A stretch of DNA of 64,000 bases from Pseudomonadales bacterium (lineage in GTDB: Bacteria > Pseudomonadota > Gammaproteobacteria > Pseudomonadales > Azotimanducaceae), in assembly GCA_021295855.1 (NCBI GenBank), contig JAGWBO010000001.1, positions 11,134 through 75,133 of the forward strand. The letters run 5' to 3'. Under the pieces are notes generated by a model, which worked only from the letters and a program-made list of their open reading frames with translations, was not told where the DNA came from and made no database searches. Position numbers and translations under genes: made by a program. Positions 29,421-37,238 of this stretch are shown in pieces; within the stretch, counting starts at the first letter, position 1; each line of letters starts with the position of its first letter.

Positions 29421-30355
29421 TGCGGACAAATCGTGGTGTTGCACTGATTAGCATTTTGATGGTTGTCGTTTTGTTTAGTGCGCTGGCATTCCAACTCTAT
29501 TCGCACCAAACCATGGTTACTGCGCAGACGCGTGTCGGATTGACGGCGAACCAGGCGCGACATTCATTAATGGCTAGTGAAGCGCTGGCACAAGAACTTT
29601 TGTACCAAGATTGGATCGATGAGGATGGCCGAGTCCGTGACGACATGGTTGAACCTTGGGCACAGTCGCTCTTGCCAATCAACACAGTGTCAGGGTCAGT
29701 GCGCGTACAGATCGTTGACCTAAGTGGCCGATTGAACTTGAATTCACTCGTCTCAGAGAGTAGCGAGGTGTCCACTTCCGCGTTCAGTTACATTCTGAAT
29801 CGCATCGGGATCAGTGTGGAACTTACGCCTGTCTGGCGAGATTGGATTGACGCTGACGATCAACGCTTCTTTGTCGAGGGCTACCAAGGACGGGAAGAGT
29901 TGGATTGGCTGAGCAATGCGACACCATTCCGCACTCCCAATCGACTAGCAGGTCATTTAAGCGAACTTAAGATCTTAGCCCCCTTTGCATCCGATGTCTA
30001 TACAGAATTGACACACCTTGTAACGGTGTTGCCGACGAGAACGTTGAAGGTCAACGTAAATACCGCGCATCCTGAAGTGCTGAATTCACTGCTACCTCCT
30101 ACCAGCTCGAAGATGTCTTCTCGCGCCGGTGTTCGAAACTTTGGCTCGGTCGAAGCATTCATTGACCTGAACAATGACTTTTCAGCCGTGATCGATCACC
30201 TAAGCGTCAGGAGCGATTTTTTTGAGGTGCGCGCAACGTTGGAAGGTGCGGATTTGCGTATGGACATGACAAGCCAGATATATCGCGATCCGAGATCGGG
30301 TGAGTGTCGGGTCTACGCTCGCGATTTCGCAACGCGGCACGTTTGGTCGACTTAG
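29417..30355 (+). CDS. gspK: type II secretion minor pseudopilin GspK
   Basis: GVALISILMVVVLFSALA N-terminus lacking the Glu5 position. About 310 aa. LNLN and NVNTA motifs are typical of GspK. ATGA overlap with gspJ. Confidence 0.8.
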   Translation: MMRTNRGVALISILMVVVLFSALAFQLYSHQTMVTAQTRVGLTANQARHSLMASEALAQELLYQDWIDEDGRVRDDMVEPWAQSLLPINTVSGSVRVQIVDLSGRLNLNSLVSESSEVSTSAFSYILNRIGISVELTPVWRDWIDADDQRFFVEGYQGREELDWLSNATPFRTPNRLAGHLSELKILAPFASDVYTELTHLVTVLPTRTLKVNVNTAHPEVLNSLLPPTSSKMSSRAGVRNFGSVEAFIDLNNDFSAVIDHLSVRSDFFEVRATLEGADLRMDMTSQIYRDPRSGECRVYARDFATRHVWST

Positions 30356-30370
30356 TACGAGTTCTGACCA

Positions 30371-31576
30371 ATGGCTACGCTGTATATAGAGCTCATCGAT
30401 ATCGACTCGGAATTGCCTGTGCGTTGGTGGTTGTGTGACGACTCGTCCATTGCGGCCGCGGGTTCCGATCCCCTTGATGAAATCGCCAATTTAGATCCTG
30501 GCAAAGCGCAAAATAAGCTCGATACCGTCGTGCTCATTCCGGATCGTGAGATTCTGTATGTGCACGTCGACGTTCCTGGACGCAGCCAAGCTCGAGTCCG
30601 TCAAGCGGCACCGTTTGCAGTCGAACCGCACCTAACGGAAGAGATCGACGAAGTCCACATTGCGCTATGTGATTTCAAGCGCGGCGAATCCGTGCCATGC
30701 CTGGTCATAAATCGAGCTCGTTTTGAATCATTTTTGGCGACAATCGACGCGGCGGGTATTCGAGCAAACGTAATCACGACGCCGGGGATGTTGGCAGATT
30801 CAACGGCTGACATTCATCTGATTGAGGCGGGTTCGAATATCACGGTTCGCACGACTGATCAACTTGCAGTGGTTGCCGCCGACACACTCGCCACAACACT
30901 ATCCGCAAAACTTGCGGATGAACAAGAGCATGTTCGTCTCACATGTGTTGGAACCGACGCTATCGAATCGGTTACTCGTCAGTCAGTTAGCCACATGAAT
31001 GCGGAGGATGTTGGGATTCAATTGATCTCCTTTGAGTCGTTACTTCTAGGAGTGAACGCACCACTAGCTATTCCGAATTTACAACAGGGTTCATACGCGA
31101 TCGTGGATAGCGGAGCGACTATCAAACAGATCCTCAACAAGACCGCGCTGGCAACAGCAGCGAGTGTGATCATCGTCTCAGCGATCTTTCTAGTACAAGG
31201 TGTTTGGGCGGACGTCCAGACCGAGAGACTGCGTGAAGACGCACTAGACATCTATGAGTCCGTATACAACACGCGCGATGTGGCTGGTAATCCAGTGTTT
31301 CGCATGCAGGAGCAAATGGGGACACGCATCGACGAACAAAGTACGTGGCTGAATTTACTAGAAGGTGTCGTCGGAGCGACGTCAGGAGTTGAAATCAAGA
31401 ATCTTGATTTCAATGAAGTTCAGAGCAAGATGTCGATCACGTTCTACGCGGATAGTTATCAGGAGTTCGAAGCGATTCGCACTCGAATCGAGGAAATGGG
31501 TTTGAGTGTGGAGGTAAACGTGGCTGAACAGCAACAGAACCGGGTTTGGGCAAGAATCACGCTCGCTGCGACATGA
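30371..31576 (+). CDS. gspL: type II secretion system protein GspL
   Basis: About 400 aa, with a cytoplasmic domain, a single TM (ALATAASVIIVSAIFLV) and a periplasmic domain. Position lies between gspK and gspM. Confidence 0.7.
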   Translation: MATLYIELIDIDSELPVRWWLCDDSSIAAAGSDPLDEIANLDPGKAQNKLDTVVLIPDREILYVHVDVPGRSQARVRQAAPFAVEPHLTEEIDEVHIALCDFKRGESVPCLVINRARFESFLATIDAAGIRANVITTPGMLADSTADIHLIEAGSNITVRTTDQLAVVAADTLATTLSAKLADEQEHVRLTCVGTDAIESVTRQSVSHMNAEDVGIQLISFESLLLGVNAPLAIPNLQQGSYAIVDSGATIKQILNKTALATAASVIIVSAIFLVQGVWADVQTERLREDALDIYESVYNTRDVAGNPVFRMQEQMGTRIDEQSTWLNLLEGVVGATSGVEIKNLDFNEVQSKMSITFYADSYQEFEAIRTRIEEMGLSVEVNVAEQQQNRVWARITLAAT

Positions 31577-32067
31577 GCCGTCTACTCACGTGGTTTCCGT
31601 CAATCGCGCCGCTTCAACGACGCTTTGCCGCCGCGAGTTCGCGCGAGCGAGTGTTGATTGTCGTGAGCGCCTATCTTCTAGCTGGAGTATTCCTCTACTA
31701 CGCGGTTCTCAATCCGGCGATGGACTATCGTAGTGAACAACTACGCGCTCAAGTTGCTGCTGCGAATGGATTGAGCTGGATGATCGCGAATCAGACGGAA
31801 GCCAGACAGCGAGGAGGCGATCTCGAACCAACTCGCGGCGAGAGTAAGTTGACCGTGATCTCCAGTAGTGCAGAACTGCATAACTTAATGATTAAGCGAG
31901 TGCAACCTGCTGAGAACCGAATAAACGTCGAACTTTCTACTCAGGAATATTCTGCAGTGATCAAGTGGTTGATTGCGCTTGAAACCGACCACGACATGAC
32001 GATTGTCGATGTTCGACTCGAGAAGGTGGATGAAGGGATCGTCGACAGTCGAATAACGTTGCGCTAA
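31573..32067 (+). CDS. gspM: type II secretion system protein GspM
   Basis: About 164 aa, with one N-terminal TM (VLIVVSAYLLAGVFLYYAV). ATGA overlap with gspL. Last gene of the operon. Confidence 0.65.
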   Translation: MSRLLTWFPSIAPLQRRFAAASSRERVLIVVSAYLLAGVFLYYAVLNPAMDYRSEQLRAQVAAANGLSWMIANQTEARQRGGDLEPTRGESKLTVISSSAELHNLMIKRVQPAENRINVELSTQEYSAVIKWLIALETDHDMTIVDVRLEKVDEGIVDSRITLR

Positions 32068-32092
32068 AGCCAACACGTAAACGAAATGACGC

Positions 32093-33556
32093 TTAGTTCA
32101 TCATTTCAATTGCTTGTTGCCTCACAGCTTCTTCGATTTCCCACATGATCGCGCGATTCAGATGGAATGAAGCGCGGTTGTTATTCCCGATCTGCTTGTA
32201 TGCATCACCTAGAAACAGGTTTATCCGAGCGTTCCACGGTAGGCGTTCGTATGCAACTTTTAGGTAATTAAGCCCGTCGCCAGCGCGCGCGGATCGCAGC
32301 AGCGACACGCCGAGTCCAAATGCGGCATCCACACGTAATGGATCCCCATTTAGTGCATGCCTGTAGTGCTGAGTTGCGATGCGGCGGAGGTTGTTACATT
32401 CCTCGGTTAAGACATCTAGACAGTTGTAACTTAGCAGGTCTCCCATGCGTACGTGAGCGTCTACGTTGCTAGGATCAAGTTCAAGTGCTCGCAACGTGCG
32501 TTCATAGGGTGTCTTGGAATCGTAACTAGGCAAGTACGACCACAGCACCTGAAACATAGGATGGTTGGCATCGATCTTCATCCCGCGGTCGATATGGAGA
32601 AGTGCGCGTTCTGGATTGTTACGTACCAGTATGCTCGCAAGCAGAATTCTGGCGTCCAATTCGCTCATGCAACTCGGTTCGCTTATCGCTGAGGGCGCAT
32701 TTGTGTCAATGTCAATCCGATAGCTCAATGGACGAGTCTTGCGGAAGTGGTCGATGAGTTTTCGCATGAACTGTTCTGGCTCAACCCCTGCTGTCCTTGG
32801 CAGCAGCTCGCTTGCTCGTGCGCCATTGCTGATGTCAAGTAAGATCGCGTTGACCTTCTCACGCATCGGATTGCCGGATTCATCGACACCGTGGTGAAGG
32901 AAGTGCGTCACGGCGTGGGCAAACTCGTAATGGGCTGCGTAGTCATGCTCGTGCCAGTCCAATCTAGGAACGCCGTCGAGTATGGTGCGCCATTTCGGCT
33001 CATTGCGTCGAATGGCCCTGATCATGCGTCTGTGCGGAACCTCACCGATCGTCGCTCGGTCACTGGCGACTTTAAACGTCCCTAGGTACTGGGCGAACCC
33101 TTCCTCATACCACATCGGGATGAAATAGTCGTATCGACTGCGTGAAATGTAATGGGTGTATTCGTGATAGGCGACTTGATTAGGGTGGGTTGTATGCACG
33201 GCCAACCCGAACGCAAGAACGTGCTGACGCATCGAAGGCTGCATAAAACCGATGAATGCGTCGGATTGGAACTCCGCGACGAACGAATCAATGTCTTCGA
33301 ATGCGACGATTTTTAAGCGGGATCGTTTTGGGAATTCGCCGGGGACCAGATCGACGGCGATCGAATGCAACGCTTGTAGTGAACTTGCAAGTGATACCAT
33401 CTGACGCTTAGGCATCGCGGAGTACATTTCGAACTCCGCCGTGCGCAGTTCACACCACTCCGGCATGATAGGTTTTGCGCCTAAGGGGGATACGAATGCG
33501 ACACAACATACGAATAACACCGAGCGTATGGTGGTGTTGCGCGATTTTTGCGACAT
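32093..33556 (-). CDS. secreted putative zinc metallopeptidase (HExxH) with C-terminal TPR repeats
   Basis: Signal peptide MSQKSRNTTIRSVLFVCCVAFVSPLGA. HEYTH motif, followed downstream by EEGFAQY. The C-terminal third has TPR-like repeats. The ORF-track start is 33598. Confidence 0.55.
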   Translation of the reverse strand: MSQKSRNTTIRSVLFVCCVAFVSPLGAKPIMPEWCELRTAEFEMYSAMPKRQMVSLASSLQALHSIAVDLVPGEFPKRSRLKIVAFEDIDSFVAEFQSDAFIGFMQPSMRQHVLAFGLAVHTTHPNQVAYHEYTHYISRSRYDYFIPMWYEEGFAQYLGTFKVASDRATIGEVPHRRMIRAIRRNEPKWRTILDGVPRLDWHEHDYAAHYEFAHAVTHFLHHGVDESGNPMREKVNAILLDISNGARASELLPRTAGVEPEQFMRKLIDHFRKTRPLSYRIDIDTNAPSAISEPSCMSELDARILLASILVRNNPERALLHIDRGMKIDANHPMFQVLWSYLPSYDSKTPYERTLRALELDPSNVDAHVRMGDLLSYNCLDVLTEECNNLRRIATQHYRHALNGDPLRVDAAFGLGVSLLRSARAGDGLNYLKVAYERLPWNARINLFLGDAYKQIGNNNRASFHLNRAIMWEIEEAVRQQAIEMMN

Positions 33557-34038
33557 GCGCTTTAGCTCAAGATTCAACCGACAGTGAAGGGAATTCATGG
33601 TTACCGACTCGATGCGTTCCGCTCGAGACGATAGGTTTCCACGATGAACCCGAAGCCGAAGGGGATTCCGTTGAGGTATTCAGTCCAGCCAAATTCAAAT
33701 CCACCACGTTTACATTGCGGGAGAACAAGACGCTCGCTAACTTGCTTGATGATGCAGATGATGTAAATCTCTTTCTCACGATGCAAATGGAAGAAACCAA
33801 TGAACTGTTCGAGTTCTCGTGTAAAAACGTACTCGGCGCGAATCGCGAAGAAGGTTTTAGCTGTGTGAACACGCCGCCGTCAGATATTTTGATGTTAAAT
33901 CCCAAGTCGCTGCGATTCAGTCGAGCTGCAATCGGAAGTTGGACGTTTCAGAGTGAAACGAGTCTTCGTGCCGGTAGCTCGCTCTTTGTGGAAATGGGTC
34001 AGTGCTACTCGCTGGAAGTCGAATCGGACTCTAACTGA
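33496..34038 (+). CDS. hypothetical secreted protein
   Basis: ATG preceded by an AAGGGGG Shine-Dalgarno sequence 6 nt upstream. Signal peptide MRHNIRITPSVWWCCAIFATCALA. No family recognised. Confidence 0.4.
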   Translation: MRHNIRITPSVWWCCAIFATCALAQDSTDSEGNSWLPTRCVPLETIGFHDEPEAEGDSVEVFSPAKFKSTTFTLRENKTLANLLDDADDVNLFLTMQMEETNELFEFSCKNVLGANREEGFSCVNTPPSDILMLNPKSLRFSRAAIGSWTFQSETSLRAGSSLFVEMGQCYSLEVESDSN

Positions 34039-34259
34039 GAGATTTCATCCAAGATCGACTCGACATCCTCATCTTTCTCGTCATCCGGGATCGCCAGTAG
34101 TTCCTTCTTACTGGTGATCTCGATGGTTTCAAGCAGTTCGAGCTTCTCTTGCACGGTAAGCGTGTGAGTAACAACGGTCGCTGGATCGTTAGCAACGAGC
34201 GCCGTTGTGACGAATGAAGCGACGAAAAACGCGAAGGTGCGAAGTAATTTTCGAGACAT
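34005..34259 (-). CDS. hypothetical small secreted acidic protein
   Basis: MSRKLLRTFAFFVASFVTTALVA signal peptide, then an acidic tail (DDEKDEDVESILDE). Short, with no family recognised. It overlaps the 3' end of the previous ORF by 34 bp. Confidence 0.3.
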   Translation of the reverse strand: MSRKLLRTFAFFVASFVTTALVANDPATVVTHTLTVQEKLELLETIEITSKKELLAIPDDEKDEDVESILDEISQLESDSTSSE

Positions 34260-34541
34260 GACATTGATCCAACAGAACCTCTGCAAAGCATATACGAAAT
34301 TAGGAATCCGCTAAGATCTTGCGAGACAGCAAGTCTCGCAGAACACACTTTAGTAGTAACCGACGAATGGATAAACCGAATGCACTAATCGCGCTTGGGA
34401 ACTCGTTCTTACGATCGATTCACCGAGAGGTATGGTCGCTGTAGAGTGGATTGCTGTACATGCAACTCTTGCACAGTTTCGTGTTAGATCGCGGCGCAGG
34501 TGAAGGATCACGAATCGCGCAGAAAATGTCAGCGTGAAGAA

Positions 34542-35699
34542 TTAAGAGGTGGTCGTCAACGACATAATGGTCGACAAACCCATGACATCAATCTGATCTG
34601 TTAACGGATAATCTATCTCGCCAGGATGAATCACTGTGAGACGATCTAGTCTTAGTTCCTCTATTGCGGTATACATCGAACGTGTGGCCCTTGGCGTCGA
34701 TGAATACTTGAATTCAAACCCTTCACGCTCGTTTCCCTTAACAACCAGCAAATCTATCTCCGATCCTGAGTGCAATCTCCAGAAATAGGCTTGGCCGACA
34801 TCAAGGTCGAGCTTTCGTATTGTTTGCTCAAGTGCGAATCCTTCCCACGAAGCACCCAGTCTCGGATAGCTTTCTAAAGATACTAAATCAGAAAGATTGA
34901 GTAGGTAGTGCAAGATGCCTGAATCTCGTAAATAGATCTTTGGAGCCTTTACTTGACGTCTCGAAACATTCTCAAACCAAGGTGCGAGTTTACGTACGAC
35001 GAATGTGGACTCCAAAATATCGACATACCGACGAACAGTCGGTGAAGTGACACCCAGACTACGCGACAGATCAGAGTAATTCAGAACGTTGCCGTGACAA
35101 TGAGCCAGCATGGTCCACAGTTGTCGGAGCATCACCGTCGATAAGTCGATACCCAACATCGGAAGATCTCGCTCCAGAAAGGTTGACACGTAGTTCTTTC
35201 GCCAGCTGAAGCTATCACCTAGTGAGTTCGCGAGGAATGAAGGTGGGTATCCACCTTTGAGCCATAGTGCTTTATGGTTGGAGACTTCGAAATTGGAAAA
35301 CGGTGTCAGCTCAAGGTACGCGATCCTACCAGCAAGCGACTCCGAAGATTGGCGAATCAGCTGAGGTGAAGCACTGCCGAGTACCAGTACTTTGATAGTA
35401 GACTGGGGTCGGTCCACCAATACACGAAGAATCGGGAATATTTCAGGAAGTCGTTGGATCTCATCAAGGACAATCAATCCTGACAATTGGTCAAGTGCTA
35501 ATCGTGCATCGCTTAATCGGTTTAGGTCTAGTGGATCCTCTAGGTCAAAGTGGTGTACCTCCCCATTAAACTTGGCGGAAAATTCTCTGGCAAGCGTAGT
35601 CTTTCCGCATTGCCGTGGTCCTAGCAGTCCCACAACTGTATGTGATCGAAAGAGTGACTGAATTTGAGCAAGATAGTGATTGCGTTCGATAAAAACCAT
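34542..35699 (-). CDS. AAA+ ATPase with C-terminal DUF4143 domain (COG1373-like)
   Basis: Walker A GPRQCGKTT and Walker B LIVLDEIQ. Typical opening (RNHYL..I......H.VVGLLGPRQCGKTTLA). About 385 aa. Looks AT-richer than its neighbours by eye. Confidence 0.75.
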   Translation of the reverse strand: MVFIERNHYLAQIQSLFRSHTVVGLLGPRQCGKTTLAREFSAKFNGEVHHFDLEDPLDLNRLSDARLALDQLSGLIVLDEIQRLPEIFPILRVLVDRPQSTIKVLVLGSASPQLIRQSSESLAGRIAYLELTPFSNFEVSNHKALWLKGGYPPSFLANSLGDSFSWRKNYVSTFLERDLPMLGIDLSTVMLRQLWTMLAHCHGNVLNYSDLSRSLGVTSPTVRRYVDILESTFVVRKLAPWFENVSRRQVKAPKIYLRDSGILHYLLNLSDLVSLESYPRLGASWEGFALEQTIRKLDLDVGQAYFWRLHSGSEIDLLVVKGNEREGFEFKYSSTPRATRSMYTAIEELRLDRLTVIHPGEIDYPLTDQIDVMGLSTIMSLTTTS

Positions 35700-36064
35700 G
35701 ATATATTAAAGTGACAATTTAAATATTCCATCTATTGTAGTAAACAGGACAGCAAATCGCATGGGCTACCTCAGTTATTTCGATACGATATCGTGCTGAG
35801 TTTCTAGTATGGAATACTCAAACTTTAGTTTCAGCACGTTTGTAATCAATTTGACTACCGCACCGCCATCAGCAAAACTAATCCATATAGCGAGCTGTGC
35901 CAAAAGAAGCGACGGCGGAGCAAGCCATGATCGCGAACTGAACGAGTATGTAAATGTGATTTTTCAAGTTGAAACGACGGTCAGTTCTGGACGGCTAAAG
36001 AATAGTTGGACCGGTCGCGCATAAAGCGGATGAATTTGGCGTGTGGCTGATTAGACAATAAACT

Positions 36065-36106
36065 ACTAATTTAGTGATTTATTTAGTAAATATACCTAAA
36101 TTTACT
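36065..36106. promoter_or_regulatory. cluster of AT-rich palindromes upstream of phhA (candidate operator)
   Basis: Perfect 11-bp palindrome ACTAATTTAGT (36065-36075). Inverted repeat AGTAAAT-N8-ATTTACT (36085-36106). The motif TAATTTrGT recurs at 36068, 36080 and 36119. The cluster lies 57-98 bp upstream of the phhA ATG. Confidence 0.3.
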
Positions 36107-36162
36107 TGTATTTATGTCTAATTTGGTACGATATAACTGCTTTGTGTGTATAAAATTCGCCT

Positions 36163-37029
36163 ATGATGCTTGCACGAGAAACACAACTCGCACCGGTTGC
36201 GCAGTTCAGCGTTAGTCAAAGATATGATCGTTACGTAGACGCCGATCATGAATCTTGGCGTTGTGCGATGCGTGCGCTTGCAAACGTGCTTGAATCAAGG
36301 TGTGCGGTTCCATACGTTAAAGCTCTTCGCGAGTGTGGGCTGAGTATGCTCCGTCTTCCAAAATTGTCAGAGATCAATCAAGCGCTGGAGCGCTTCGGCT
36401 GGCAGACAGTGATGGTAGATAGCTTCATTCCGCCACCGGCGTTCATGGCGCTGCAAGCGGAACGGATACTGCCGATCACGCGTTTTGTGCGCGCGCATTC
36501 GCAATTGGGGTATACCCCTATCCCTGATATCATCCACGAAGCGGCTGGGCACCTGCCGATGCTGGTCGATAGTGATTACCGGTGTTTTCTACAGCGATTT
36601 GGCGAGATAGGGAAGAACCTTAAATACTCGGACTTGGATGAACAGGTCTACCTCGCTCAGAAACGGTACGCCGAATATGCGGGATTGCATCGAAACGAAA
36701 TCTCGACGCTAAACTCGCTACGAAGCGAGCTCGAAGACCTACGTCGACGACAGAAGGATGCGCTTACACCTGCTTGCCTGTTGTCACGGTTCCACTGGTG
36801 GACGGTGGAGTATGGATTGGTGGGTGAAGATGCGAAGCTATTTGGAGCTGGACTGCTCTCGTCGTCTACTGAAGCGTTGGCTACAGACGAAACCCCACAG
36901 CGACGCCTGTCGTTAGAGTGCCTGGAATTTGACTACGAGATTTCGAGAATGCAACCGCAGCTCTTTGTTGCTGATGATTGGAGTCATCTGAACGATCAGC
37001 TCACTCGAGTTTTAGCGCACATCTCCTAA
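36163..37029 (+). CDS. phhA: phenylalanine 4-monooxygenase (aromatic amino acid hydroxylase family)
   Basis: Iron-ligand motif IIHEAAGHLPML and WWTVEYGLV...FGAGLLSS match the bacterial PAH pattern. Confidence 0.75.
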   Translation: MMLARETQLAPVAQFSVSQRYDRYVDADHESWRCAMRALANVLESRCAVPYVKALRECGLSMLRLPKLSEINQALERFGWQTVMVDSFIPPPAFMALQAERILPITRFVRAHSQLGYTPIPDIIHEAAGHLPMLVDSDYRCFLQRFGEIGKNLKYSDLDEQVYLAQKRYAEYAGLHRNEISTLNSLRSELEDLRRRQKDALTPACLLSRFHWWTVEYGLVGEDAKLFGAGLLSSSTEALATDETPQRRLSLECLEFDYEISRMQPQLFVADDWSHLNDQLTRVLAHIS

Positions 37030-37238
37030 TCGTCTGACGGCTCCCGCACCACGACGCGTGTGCGAGTTTCCGCAAACACATGCTTAGGCATGATCGAGTG
37101 GACGTGCCCACAGGCATCGCAGTAGACGATAAAGAACCAGGGTTCTTTTGATTGACTTGACTGTTTGCTTCGCTTGCTGGCAAATCGCTCAATGCCCTCA
37201 ACGCCGCATTTCGGGCATTTAGGCTCGCTTTCAGGCAT
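37026..37238 (-). CDS. small zinc-ribbon protein (CxxC...CxxC), translationally coupled to cysE
   Basis: 70 aa with CPKC and CDAC pairs. The start overlaps the cysE stop in ATGCCTGA. The stop overlaps the phhA stop. Confidence 0.45.
   Translation of the reverse strand: MPESEPKCPKCGVEGIERFASKRSKQSSQSKEPWFFIVYCDACGHVHSIMPKHVFAETRTRVVVREPSDD

Noticed and set aside
35809-36024. 71-aa ORF in the AT-rich spacer
   Set aside because: No SD sequence, odd composition, and no motif. It is probably non-coding.
36085-36106. TyrR box upstream of phhA
   Set aside because: The arms GTAAA/TTTAC fit, but the core spacing is 10 nt instead of the 6 nt of TGTAAA-N6-TTTACA. I kept it only as an unassigned palindrome.
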